This document shows, piece after piece, positions 26,937 through 36,422 of a DNA stretch of 64,000 nucleotides (its first letter is position 1; every line of letters begins with the position of its first letter). The DNA is taken from assembly GCA_964597545.1 (NCBI GenBank), contig CAZQXN010000005.1:12647-76646 (forward strand), read 5' to 3'. The position numbers and the translations under genes are program-made. The stretch is from an uncultured Planctomycetia bacterium (lineage in GTDB: Bacteria > Omnitrophota > Gorgyraeia > 1-14-0-20-64-10). The notes beneath the pieces were generated by a model that did not search any database, was not told where the DNA came from, and saw only the letters and a program-made list of their open reading frames with translations.

Positions 26937-27737
26937 TTAAACCTTTTCCTCCTGACGAACCCCTTGGATCAAACTGCGCATCCGCTCCCCCCACTTCCAA
27001 AGCAGGAACACATCTGAGGCCAAAACCACAAAGGTGTACCCGCCCTCAAGGGCGGCTTGAACATTTTGGGCATTGGGATCAACGATCTGTGTCCCGCAGG
27101 CCTTACCTGCCCTGCGGCAGGCCTGAGCAACTTGCGCACAAGCCTGGGTCACCTTGGGATGATTCAGCTGACCCGGCACCCCCACCGAGCCGGAGATGTC
27201 ATAGGGTCCCGCCATCAGACCGTCGACCTCCGGAAGATCCAACAGGGATTCCGCAGCCTCAACTCCGGCCAGGGATTCAATCTGCAAGATCAGGACTGAG
27301 CGCTCGTTCCAACGCTCTACATAGGCATCAAAATCAAAACCATAGGTATGCGCTCGAGCCACCCCGAAGGAGCGCTTCCCTGCAGGCGGATATTTGCACC
27401 AATCGATGAGCTGCTTGGCTTCGCTGACCGTGGAGACATTGGGGGCAATGATCCCGTCGGCCCCGCTGTCGAGTAGACGCCTGACCATCTCTCCATTGTG
27501 GGAGGCAATGCGGGGAAGACACGGCAAACCACCCGCCTGGGAGGCAGAGATGATGGCCTGTGCCTGCTCCATGGAGATGGTGCTGTGCTCCAAATCGATG
27601 CCGATCCAGTCGACCCCGGAGCGGACAAATGCCTCCGTAATGGATGCGTGCCCCAGGGAAGTCCAACCGCCAAAAAGGGGTTCACGGCTTCTGAACCGCT
27701 TGCCGATGCCTTGATCCTGCTCTATGCCGCTCTTCAT
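26937..27737 (-). CDS. HpcH/HpaI class II pyruvate aldolase
   Basis: IDLEHS, LPR, LDSGADGI, YPPAGKRSFG, LQIES and GPYDIS motifs. Confidence 0.92.
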   Translation of the reverse strand: MKSGIEQDQGIGKRFRSREPLFGGWTSLGHASITEAFVRSGVDWIGIDLEHSTISMEQAQAIISASQAGGLPCLPRIASHNGEMVRRLLDSGADGIIAPNVSTVSEAKQLIDWCKYPPAGKRSFGVARAHTYGFDFDAYVERWNERSVLILQIESLAGVEAAESLLDLPEVDGLMAGPYDISGSVGVPGQLNHPKVTQACAQVAQACRRAGKACGTQIVDPNAQNVQAALEGGYTFVVLASDVFLLWKWGERMRSLIQGVRQEEKV

Positions 27738-28897
27738 CTTGCACCCTCCTCACGTAGAAATTGAAGGAGCTCTCCCGCAGACCGCTCCATGCTAAAACGG
27801 TGTGCGGCTTTGGGTCCGTTGGTCCGGAGGCGTTCGCGCAAACCAACATCCTCCACCATCCGCACAATCTGGCGGTGCAGAGAATCGGCGCAGCCGGGCT
27901 CGGCCAACAGGCAGTTCTCTCCGTCTGCCGCATATTCCTTCACCCCCTCTACAGCCGTCGTCACCAGTGCCGCACCCGATGCCATGGCCTGTAGAGGCGG
28001 AGCCGGGAATCCATCGTACCGGCTGGGATAAACAAAGATATCGCTCTCCCGAAGCGCATCGGCATACGCGGCGCCATGCAGGTAGCCAAGGTTTTGATCG
28101 AACACCTTGGCCTGCTCCGGGGTGACCCTTCCAACGGAGCGGAGGGTCAGCTGATCACGCACCTGCTTCAAACGACGAAGCGCCTCCACTCCGATCTCCC
28201 TGCCCTTTTGAACGTTGGGATCGCAGTAAAGGGTCACAACCAAGGTCAGGCGATCTGCCTGGTGGGTCGGCGGCCGAAAAAGTGCTAGGTCGACCCCTCC
28301 GGGAATCATCCTGCGAATTGGAATTCCCAGGCGCTCACAGGCCTCCTGCGCCTCAGCGCTTGTGGTAAGCCGAGGGGCGGTAAAGGTGCGCTCCATCTCA
28401 ACCCAATGCTCGAACCAAGCCGCCGCCGCGGGATTGGGGGAGCGCATGGCGCGCTCGAGGTTGACGTGAATCACTGAAACCATCTTGCGCGGGGAGTCGC
28501 CCATCGACTTGAGAAGATGCGGCATCAGGTAAGGAGGATGAACCACAGTAACGCTGTTCTCCTTCCAGCGCTTCGCAGAAGGGACCAGCCCATAACAGCG
28601 GGCTTTCACCCGAGCATCAACCGCATGGTACCGCAATCCGCTCCAGCGCCTCCGAAAGAGCATCTCAAATGGCAGCGCCAACACCAGCTTTGCCCCCCAG
28701 AACCATTTGCGCCATCCCCTGCGTTGGCTTAAAACAAAACGCTTAAAATCCCACCAGTCCACCGCCGGAAAAAGAACAGTCGTGGGCACCCCTTGTCGAA
28801 CAAAAATGTTGGCGGTGTCCGCAGCAATCCGGGTGACAGAGCCGCGGCGATTATGCGAGAGGAGCATCTGCACCGAGAACTGACCGTTTCCCTTCAC
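27734..28897 (-). CDS. GT4 glycosyltransferase
   Basis: GVDLALF, QKG and DIFVYPSRYDGFPAPPLQAMASG (EX7E motif altered to D...Q). Confidence 0.85.
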   Translation of the reverse strand: MKGNGQFSVQMLLSHNRRGSVTRIAADTANIFVRQGVPTTVLFPAVDWWDFKRFVLSQRRGWRKWFWGAKLVLALPFEMLFRRRWSGLRYHAVDARVKARCYGLVPSAKRWKENSVTVVHPPYLMPHLLKSMGDSPRKMVSVIHVNLERAMRSPNPAAAAWFEHWVEMERTFTAPRLTTSAEAQEACERLGIPIRRMIPGGVDLALFRPPTHQADRLTLVVTLYCDPNVQKGREIGVEALRRLKQVRDQLTLRSVGRVTPEQAKVFDQNLGYLHGAAYADALRESDIFVYPSRYDGFPAPPLQAMASGAALVTTAVEGVKEYAADGENCLLAEPGCADSLHRQIVRMVEDVGLRERLRTNGPKAAHRFSMERSAGELLQFLREEGAR

Positions 28898-28899
28898 CC

Positions 28900-29769
28900 C
28901 TACACCTTCCCCCTGAGGCGCCGCACAACGTTTGCAAGCCCTCCTCGCCAGCGAGAGGAAAAGACCATATCCCGCCGGTCTTCGATCCGAACCGAACCGG
29001 GCTGCTTCCCCCGCAGGGAGACTCCAACGGCAGTTTCAGCCGTTCCGGTTTCCGGAAGGTAACATTCCCGCGGCAGATAGCGATTTTCTCGGCCGCCCAA
29101 CACCATGTGGTTCCGGTAGATCTGGATCTGGGCCTTGGGCCGTTGGCCTCGAATGCGCTCAATCAACTCCTCAAGATTCAGCACAAGATACGGCATCCAA
29201 CCATCGTAGTGATACTGGCAGGAACGCTCTGGGTCCAGCTCTGTTTTTCCGCTGTCCCGAGTTCGCGTCCTTAGGATCAGGGTTTCCTCGGCCGAGCGCA
29301 GCAGCCCAACCAAGAAACCCCATGGGTCTACTTGATGATGCATGACATCCTTCGAATAGACGATTTTCCAACCCAGCCCCTTTCCCCACGCAGTGAGATT
29401 CTCCTGCAGGGTCTTGGCCGGGTCCCCCAGGCAAAACTGGGCCTGGGGATATTTGCTCCTTGCCCGATCCAAAGCAACCGGGGAGATGTCCACTCCAGCG
29501 TAGGTGAGGCTGGGGTAGCGGTACTTGAGGTAACGGTAAAACTCTCCCGTAGCACACCCCATCTCCAGGAGCTTACCCTCTGTGCCGCTGGGATACCACT
29601 CCCGAAGTAGGCTGACATCGTTGAATGACTCGTAATTTTTCAGCAGGTCCGAGACGCCCAAGGAGGAGCGGCGATCAAAGCTGCGAGCATGCTTCTGATG
29701 GCTCCAGTCGGAGAACCACTTGGAAGGAGCACCTGCCGCATGCGCTTGTGTTTCGACCTCACCGCTCAT
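28900..29769 (-). CDS. Class I SAM-dependent methyltransferase
   Basis: LLEMGCATG, YAGVDIS and DVMHH motifs. Confidence 0.85.
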   Translation of the reverse strand: MSGEVETQAHAAGAPSKWFSDWSHQKHARSFDRRSSLGVSDLLKNYESFNDVSLLREWYPSGTEGKLLEMGCATGEFYRYLKYRYPSLTYAGVDISPVALDRARSKYPQAQFCLGDPAKTLQENLTAWGKGLGWKIVYSKDVMHHQVDPWGFLVGLLRSAEETLILRTRTRDSGKTELDPERSCQYHYDGWMPYLVLNLEELIERIRGQRPKAQIQIYRNHMVLGGRENRYLPRECYLPETGTAETAVGVSLRGKQPGSVRIEDRRDMVFSSRWRGGLANVVRRLRGKV

Positions 29770-30503
29770 CTGGATTCAAGGTTCGCAGGTTGCGTTCTCC
29801 GGTTCGAGGCGGTCAGCTTCTCGGCATCCCTGAGAAACATCCCAACGGTCTCTTTGCTGTAAGGATGAACCAACATCCCCTCCAAGAGTTTTGGAACCGC
29901 TGTCACGATGTCTGCCCCTGCCTCAAACCACTGGATGATGTTCAGCACCTCGCGGGTAGACCCCACGATGATTTTGGCGGAAGAACCAAATGCGTCCAGA
30001 AGCCCGCGCAGGCGGCGGATCTCAGCCGCGGAATCGTATCCCATGTTGTTCACCCGTCCCCCGAAGATCGAGACATAGGTCGCCCCCGCCATGGCCGCAA
30101 GCAGGCACTGCTGTGCCGACATCATGGCTGTGACATTGACTCGAATGTCCTCTTCGGCTTCAAGGCGGTGAACCAGCTCCAGATTTTCCGTTCCTCCCTC
30201 TGGGCCGTGGATCGGGATCTTGACGTTGATGTTCTTTGCCCACCCTGAAAAGGTCCGGGCCTCATTGAGCATCTGGTCCGATTCGTTGGTGGTCACCTCA
30301 ACGGAAACCGGCATAGGATCGATTCGGCGGGCAATCTCTCTGATGTGCCGCTCAATCCCTTCCCAACCCCCCTGCACACCATCCTTGACGAGGATCGTGG
30401 GGTTGGTGGTGACTCCGCGGATGATCCCGAGGTGATGGTACCTGTCGATTTCATCCAGCTTGCCTGTATCCAAAAAAATCCCAGTTAAATGTATGCCATT
30501 CAT
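29766..30503 (-). CDS. Transaldolase (TalC/FSA family, transaldolase-type residues)
   Basis: FLDT, GVTTNPTI and NVKIP (Schiff-base Lys); SVEV (Glu) and SIFGGR (Phe) are transaldolase-type rather than FSA-type. Confidence 0.9.
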   Translation of the reverse strand: MNGIHLTGIFLDTGKLDEIDRYHHLGIIRGVTTNPTILVKDGVQGGWEGIERHIREIARRIDPMPVSVEVTTNESDQMLNEARTFSGWAKNINVKIPIHGPEGGTENLELVHRLEAEEDIRVNVTAMMSAQQCLLAAMAGATYVSIFGGRVNNMGYDSAAEIRRLRGLLDAFGSSAKIIVGSTREVLNIIQWFEAGADIVTAVPKLLEGMLVHPYSKETVGMFLRDAEKLTASNRRTQPANLESR

Positions 30504-31126
30504 TCTTTTTGAGCTCCTTCAAAGACTGCGGTCGATTCCCACTTGTTCCCCTGAACCATCAGCCGCGGATCACACACCAAACCATGCCAGACCACAGCCT
30601 GAAAGGCCTCTGTGTGCGGCGTTGTGTTGTTGGGGTTGACGGTAGGAACCACCAAGACATGGGTTCCCTCATGTTTGGCAGCGCCCCCATCCCTGCCGAC
30701 AATTCCCAGAATGTCCATCTCCCGGGTGCGTGCCTCGTCGATGGCAGCGACAAGATTGGTGCTGATGTTGCGTTGGCGAGAGCCCCCTCCAACCGAAAGG
30801 ACAAAAAGGGCATCCCGGCTGCCTGCGCGGCTGGTCTTGAGCCACTCGGAAAAGACCGTTTCCCACCCCTCATCGTTGGTTCGGGCAGTCAGCTCTGCCA
30901 CGTTGTCGGCCGGGGTATAGGCTTCAATTCCGGCGAGCTTGCGAAAATCGCAGACTGCATGAGAACAGTTCCCTGCCGAACCCCCAACACCAACCAGAAA
31001 GAGCCGCCCCCCTTCCTGGCGAAGGCGAACGAGCCGTTCTACGATGCGGTCGGCGGCCTCACGATCCAACTGCTGCGCCACCTGACCGACCTCTTCAAAA
31101 TATTGATCTAAGAATGCCTTGCTCAT
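30500..31126 (-). CDS. SIS-domain sugar-phosphate isomerase (GmhA-like)
   Basis: GVGGSAGNCSHAVCDFRK, LTARTNDEG, LSVGGG and TPHTEAFQ motifs. Confidence 0.88.
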   Translation of the reverse strand: MSKAFLDQYFEEVGQVAQQLDREAADRIVERLVRLRQEGGRLFLVGVGGSAGNCSHAVCDFRKLAGIEAYTPADNVAELTARTNDEGWETVFSEWLKTSRAGSRDALFVLSVGGGSRQRNISTNLVAAIDEARTREMDILGIVGRDGGAAKHEGTHVLVVPTVNPNNTTPHTEAFQAVVWHGLVCDPRLMVQGNKWESTAVFEGAQKE

Positions 31127-31145
31127 CTTCTTTTATCTTTACCTC

Positions 31146-32840
31146 CTAACCTGATGGAACTTCATCCATAGACACGAGGGACCTCTGACGCTGCAAATCG
31201 TTGTCCACCCGTCTGGCATCTTCCAAGGAGTGAATCTCAGACCAACCCTGCCCAATCTCCATCCCCGCCACCGGGAAGCCGTCCTCCAGCAGATACTGAA
31301 GAAGATCGGTCAAGTCGGCCTGGACAACAGACTCGGCCTCATAGAAGGGTTTCCCGGCAAAGTCATGCTGGACGCGGTCCCAAGCCGCCACCAGCGCCCG
31401 AGTCCCCCCTGAGCGCAAAAAGGCCAAACCGATGAACTCATGTGAAGCCCGGCTGGAATCGATCTTCTGACCGATAGCGGAAATCGGTCTAAAGGGATTC
31501 CAGCGGAGATTGCGCGAAGGGGCGGTAAGCTGCGGCTGAGCCACCACCAAATCCAACGCCTTGGCTCGAGGGGGCAAGTCGCCGAAGGCTCGATCTATCA
31601 CCAAGGTAATGGGGTGCGGGCTCGCTAAGAGCTGCTCTAAGATCTTCTGATCAAAGAGGATGTCGGAGTAGGCGATCAACGCTTCACCCTTGAGGTTATC
31701 TCGAGCCACCAGGATCGATTGGGCGCATCGCCCCGCAGGATAGTCAGGGTTGTGCAAGAGCTGGCAACCGGGCGCCTTGATCTTATCGTGCTGGTATCCA
31801 CCCACCACCGCTATCCGCTCCACACCGCAGGAACGAATGAGATCGGTCTGGCGCTCCAAAACGGTTTTACCTCCCAGCTCCAACATGCAGAGGGGCTTAT
31901 CCTGGAGCAGTTCCTTTAAATCCGATTGAAAACGATGGTCGCGGGCAGCAGGAATCACCGCCTGGATCTTCCTGTGTTTCGAGAATCGTTTCTCCTCCTC
32001 TTTGAGGGCGGGCAACCCTTGAATCTCAAAAACCTCCCGGAGGGTGGAGATCTGATCCTCGATCACAGCGGTAGAGCCGGTCTGGTCGATGCGCTGCAAA
32101 ACTTCCTCCATGGCGCGGATCGAAGCCCTCAGGCCATGGTTGGCATAGATCACCATCCGGAAGCCGTGATCCGCCAGCTCCTGTGCGGTCACCCCGCCAT
32201 AGGTGGTCGGAATGGCCACCAACGGCACCTTCCCCTTGAATGCCCGCGCAAAGGAAAAGATTTCATCCGCAGTGGGAGCTTTTGAATGGATGACGATGCC
32301 GTCTGCCCCGGCCGCCTCGTAGGCGTGGGCGCGTCGAAGCGCCTCAGCCATCCCCTGCCCCGCAATGAGCGCCTCCACCCGGGCAAAAACCATGAAGCCA
32401 GGATCACTCTGGGCGTTCTTTGCCGCCTCGATCTTACCGGCAAACTCCTCAACGGGGGAGAGCTCCTGTCGGGCAGCAATCAGGGAATTTGTTTTAGGAA
32501 AACGCTTATCCTCAATCACCACTGCAGCCAGCCCCGCTGCCTCGAAGCGCTTGACCATGTGCATGACCTGGGTGGCATTCCCGTAGCCGGTGTCGCAATC
32601 GCAGACAACCGGCAGGCAGGAGGCCTCATTGATGTTTCTGGCCGCCTCCAAGTTCTCGGTCATGGTGAGAATATTGGCGTCCGGCAGGGCATGCGCCGTT
32701 GAAATCTCAAGACCGCTTGCCCAGATTCCATCAAAGGAGTGACGCCCAATGAGCTTCGCCCCTAAGCCGTTGTGGGCTCCCACAATTCTTAAGATCTGTT
32801 TCTCTTCAAAGAGGGCCCTCAAGTGCGCTGCTTTGCTCAT
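31146..32840 (-). CDS. pepM: Phosphoenolpyruvate mutase fused to a C-terminal nucleotidyltransferase (PntC-like) domain
   Basis: Diagnostic EDKRFPKTNS (EDKx5NS); WASG, DCDTG, ARVEALI and IYANHG. C-terminal VIPAA...KPLCML...YSDILFD...WSEIH. Confidence 0.93.
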   Translation of the reverse strand: MSKAAHLRALFEEKQILRIVGAHNGLGAKLIGRHSFDGIWASGLEISTAHALPDANILTMTENLEAARNINEASCLPVVCDCDTGYGNATQVMHMVKRFEAAGLAAVVIEDKRFPKTNSLIAARQELSPVEEFAGKIEAAKNAQSDPGFMVFARVEALIAGQGMAEALRRAHAYEAAGADGIVIHSKAPTADEIFSFARAFKGKVPLVAIPTTYGGVTAQELADHGFRMVIYANHGLRASIRAMEEVLQRIDQTGSTAVIEDQISTLREVFEIQGLPALKEEEKRFSKHRKIQAVIPAARDHRFQSDLKELLQDKPLCMLELGGKTVLERQTDLIRSCGVERIAVVGGYQHDKIKAPGCQLLHNPDYPAGRCAQSILVARDNLKGEALIAYSDILFDQKILEQLLASPHPITLVIDRAFGDLPPRAKALDLVVAQPQLTAPSRNLRWNPFRPISAIGQKIDSSRASHEFIGLAFLRSGGTRALVAAWDRVQHDFAGKPFYEAESVVQADLTDLLQYLLEDGFPVAGMEIGQGWSEIHSLEDARRVDNDLQRQRSLVSMDEVPSG

Positions 32841-33802
32841 GGGATTTTCCTCGCGACGAATCGTGCAAACGAGCTTAACCCCCGCCTTTGAAGGAACCCT
32901 TGGAACTCCTGGCGCGTGGCATCATCGGCTTCAATCAACTGCCGGTCAAAACCGGACAGCGCCAGGGCAGGATCCTGCAAGCGGTGGGCACGGACGATCT
33001 CCAAATCCAATACCCCGGGAGTGGAAACCTCCAGTAGGTCAAACCCGGCCCCTTCCAATAAAACCTCCAATCCCTTACGGGTAAAGCAGTTGGTTCGATC
33101 TGGGGGACAGAGATAAAGGTTCTTTGCCCCCAACACCGCCATGTCATACCCGGAAAAAACCAAGGCCGTTACAAAGAGCAATCCCTTCTCGCTTAAATGC
33201 GAGCGAACCCTGCTCAGCAGAGAGGTCGGATCATCAACGCGGTCGAGAGATTCCGGCAGAATTGCCGCTTCAAAAGATCCTGCTTCGGGGCCCCACCCAT
33301 GGGCCAAGGCCATCTCGTCGGCCAAAGAAACAGCGCTCAAGGATGAACTGGCCTGAAGCAAGGTGTTCAGCTCGCTGGGTGGACTGTTGACCTCCAGAAG
33401 GCGCGCACTTAAGGTCCCCTGCAGACGAAGCGCCTCCTCGATCCATTCAAGCTTCGGGTGGTGAACATGGTCAACTCTGGAATCGGCCAGCGCCTGATGA
33501 AAACCGTCGGGCGAATGACGCAAACGGCTCGCCTCAGCCAGCACCCCTGCCCAAACTTTCGGCTCGGGGATTTCCACGAGAAAGACCGAACCGCTCATGG
33601 GACAGCGAGCATAATCCAAGCCGCCAATACGGCCATAGGGCAAGAGCCGCTCGCCGGATACCGGAGAGACTTGGCGTCGGCGGGCGCCGGAACGCAGAGC
33701 CTGTCCGGCAATCTCCAGGCAGCGTTGCCGGTACTGCTGCAGTCGCTCCAAGGGTTTGACCGCACCCAGAGGGAACCGGACCTCGGTCTGGATCGTTCTC
33801 AC
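32837..33802 (-). CDS. Degenerate class I methyltransferase-fold protein
   Basis: PESLDRVDDP, GLLFVT, PPDRTNCFT and STPGVLD match a methyltransferase family, but the Gly-rich SAM loop reads LLEVNSPPS. Confidence 0.7.
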   Translation of the reverse strand: MRTIQTEVRFPLGAVKPLERLQQYRQRCLEIAGQALRSGARRRQVSPVSGERLLPYGRIGGLDYARCPMSGSVFLVEIPEPKVWAGVLAEASRLRHSPDGFHQALADSRVDHVHHPKLEWIEEALRLQGTLSARLLEVNSPPSELNTLLQASSSLSAVSLADEMALAHGWGPEAGSFEAAILPESLDRVDDPTSLLSRVRSHLSEKGLLFVTALVFSGYDMAVLGAKNLYLCPPDRTNCFTRKGLEVLLEGAGFDLLEVSTPGVLDLEIVRAHRLQDPALALSGFDRQLIEADDATRQEFQGFLQRRGLSSFARFVARKIP

Positions 33803-34821
33803 CTCGCCCCTCCTTTCAGGGAAGGCTCCCGAGAAAAACTGTAGGCGTCCCGGATGATCTCCATAACTGCCAGCGCCTCTTCAAGCGTTCCATGGGTCGC
33901 CGCACGGTTCTCCTGTGCTGCAGCAATGAACTCATCCACCTCTGCCTTCCAGGAATCATCCCGGTCAAAGGTGATCAACTCCTCTCGGGGATTTCCCAAT
34001 GCCATGGCTTCATCCTCGAACTGACGGCGGCCAATGACCAACTGCTCCCTACCGTAACTCCCAGATTTTGAGAGCAGCCCCTGGGCTACCAGATAACCAT
34101 TCTGGCACCCCATCTGAAGTTCAAAGGTGTGCTTCCAGAGTGTTGCCGAAGAGTGCAAAAAGGCGGGGATACCACCTGCAGAGCGCATCAGCACAAAGGC
34201 ATTGTCCTCCACCCCGCACTTCCAGAAAGAGTCGTTCAAAACCGCCTCTACCACCTTGAGCGGCCCCAGAAAGAGCTGGAAAAGATCCAGCATGTGGATC
34301 CCCTGATCCAGCAAAATCCCCCCTCCAGAAACCACAGCTCTGTTTCGCCAACTCTGCCGGTACTCAACTCCGCCCGACTTGCCGTAACTGCCCTTGACGT
34401 AAAGGATCTCACCCAAACCCCCTTCCCCGACCAGCGCCTGGGCAGCCTGGATAGAGGGGTGCAAGCGGTGGTTGAAGCCAAAGACAAGGGTGCACCGGGA
34501 AACCGAAGATGCAGCCTCTTGGATCTTCTGGAGGTCCTCCCAGTTCCTTCCGGGTGGTTTCTCGCAGAAAACACGGCCGCACCGCCTAAGGGCTTGAGCC
34601 GTCAATTCGGCTGTAACGTCGTTGGGGGTGCATACAAAGACGGCGTCGACCGACTCCCAGGGAATCGGTTCCCCCTGGGCAATGAGCGCACCGGCCAACC
34701 CCGCTTCCGCCGGATCCACCCCAGGATCCACCACCCAGATTCGATCCACCTCGGGATGCGCCTTGAGGATCCGGTAGCGGATCTGGCCCATGTAACCAAA
34801 ACCAAAGATCAAGCAATTCAT
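33799..34821 (-). CDS. Gfo/Idh/MocA oxidoreductase
   Basis: GFGYMG, CEKP, GFNHR and GGGILLDQGIHMLD motifs. Confidence 0.92.
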   Translation of the reverse strand: MNCLIFGFGYMGQIRYRILKAHPEVDRIWVVDPGVDPAEAGLAGALIAQGEPIPWESVDAVFVCTPNDVTAELTAQALRRCGRVFCEKPPGRNWEDLQKIQEAASSVSRCTLVFGFNHRLHPSIQAAQALVGEGGLGEILYVKGSYGKSGGVEYRQSWRNRAVVSGGGILLDQGIHMLDLFQLFLGPLKVVEAVLNDSFWKCGVEDNAFVLMRSAGGIPAFLHSSATLWKHTFELQMGCQNGYLVAQGLLSKSGSYGREQLVIGRRQFEDEAMALGNPREELITFDRDDSWKAEVDEFIAAAQENRAATHGTLEEALAVMEIIRDAYSFSREPSLKGGAR

Positions 34822-36422
34822 CCTACGGCGCCTAAGAATTGTCGCATCGAGTGTTCATTCACTGGAATGGCGTATCTCTCCACATACCCTTTAGCCGCGT
34901 TCCATTCCTGCGCAGCTTCCGAAGTGTTTGCCTTGGCATATTGCCTTAAAAGCGTCTGCAGCGTCCCTACAGATTCGGCCCGTTCCCGCCAACCCTCCAG
35001 TTCAAAGAGGGGGTCTACCTCATCCCAACCCTCCGGCTGAAAGTAGATCACCTTAAGCCCGTTGAGGAGGGCAAACAGGACCGAAGAGGTGCCTCGGTAC
35101 AGGACGACTGAGGCGCGTGAGAAATCCTCCTCGATACTTCTGCTGTCGGAAAGTTCCGCGTTAGGTGCCAGCTCCGCTCCTACCTGAAGCAGGGGACGCA
35201 CCCGGTCAAAGGGAAGGACCGGATGAGACCGAAGGATGAAATGGTGGTCTGTGAGCACTTGAGCCGCCCCCAAGGCAGCGTCAAAGAGAAGCTGCGTCTC
35301 ATCCAGATGCCCCTCCGGAAGAACCAGAACAGTTTTTCTCCGGGAAACCGGTGGGCATGCGGCTGCAGGACAACCGGGTAATTTCCGGAATGTGCCAAAT
35401 GGGAGCCGTGCCGAATGCGGGTGGCTGGCGGCCAGCATCTCGCAAGTTCGGTGACCCACGCACAACACCACCTCCGGCCTCCTGCTGGGCGCGTCCATTA
35501 TTTCGGGGGCGAGCAGAGACCTCTGGTGCGGCAGCAGAATGGTGTGTTGATAACCCACCCTGCGGCATCCCGGATGGACCAATTGAATCCCCCTAAAGAG
35601 GAACCCCTCCCATGCATGACCTTCATAGAGACTTGCAAAGAAGCGGGGGTGCCAAATCCGGGCCGCCTCCCGGCCGATCTCCTCAAACAACGCTACAGGG
35701 ACACTCTGGGGCAAGAGGCAATCTTGGGCGGCCCGGAGGAGTATCTCGCGGCTCAACCTATCTTTTTCACGTTCCCCCCGGCGGCGCAAGCGGCGTGAGG
35801 TCTTCAGTGCCCCCCAGGCAAAGCGGATCGGAGCTCCCAGGGGAATGAGGCACAACTCCGGAAGCTCCGGGGTTGGGGCCTTGGCGCGAACCGCTGGACC
35901 CTGCCAGCTCTTCCCGCTGGGATTCCCAAATAGGAACAGAACCCTTGACCCCTGTTCGCCTAAGCGCTCGCCGAAATCCCCAAAATAGAAATCCCTCGTG
36001 CTTGCGGTGCGATCAGGGTGAAAGCGCCACGATTTGACAATTCCGTCAAAGGGCTGGGCAATCAGCCGGTTGAGCACACGCCGGAAACGGAGCCTCATCT
36101 GCACAAGCCGCAGGGTGAAATATCCCGCATAGAGGAGGCTCAGCAGAGCCCGAAGGAGCCAAGAGAAGTTGCCTCCACCCTTGCGCTCCCAGCCAGATGC
36201 ATCCTGGAGAAGCGCTTTCTGGACCGGATGAATCGGGTGTTTGAGATGCATCCAAGGGATGGCCTCAAGCGCCGGATCCGGCACCTGCCTGCGGAGGCGC
36301 TCCATGGCTTCGTGAAGGCATAGGAACTTCACCGGTGCCGGTTTGCAAGCCGAATCCCGCCGCAGGTTATCCGAGACGTCGACGGGTTTCGGTCCCGAAC
36401 GAACCGGTTCAAGCGTTTTCAT
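34818..36422 (-). CDS. Hypothetical surface-carbohydrate biosynthesis protein, GT-B-like C-terminus
   Basis: DFYFG, YEGHAWE, GYQH, VLVLPEG, LRSHP and YRGTSSVLFALLNG motifs; coupled on both sides. Confidence 0.62.
   Translation of the reverse strand: MKTLEPVRSGPKPVDVSDNLRRDSACKPAPVKFLCLHEAMERLRRQVPDPALEAIPWMHLKHPIHPVQKALLQDASGWERKGGGNFSWLLRALLSLLYAGYFTLRLVQMRLRFRRVLNRLIAQPFDGIVKSWRFHPDRTASTRDFYFGDFGERLGEQGSRVLFLFGNPSGKSWQGPAVRAKAPTPELPELCLIPLGAPIRFAWGALKTSRRLRRRGEREKDRLSREILLRAAQDCLLPQSVPVALFEEIGREAARIWHPRFFASLYEGHAWEGFLFRGIQLVHPGCRRVGYQHTILLPHQRSLLAPEIMDAPSRRPEVVLCVGHRTCEMLAASHPHSARLPFGTFRKLPGCPAAACPPVSRRKTVLVLPEGHLDETQLLFDAALGAAQVLTDHHFILRSHPVLPFDRVRPLLQVGAELAPNAELSDSRSIEEDFSRASVVLYRGTSSVLFALLNGLKVIYFQPEGWDEVDPLFELEGWRERAESVGTLQTLLRQYAKANTSEAAQEWNAAKGYVERYAIPVNEHSMRQFLGAVG

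Noticed and set aside
31146-32840. Isocitrate lyase / methylisocitrate lyase alternative for pepM
   Set aside because: It has the PepM-specific EDKx5NS rather than the KKCGH/KRCGH lyase motif
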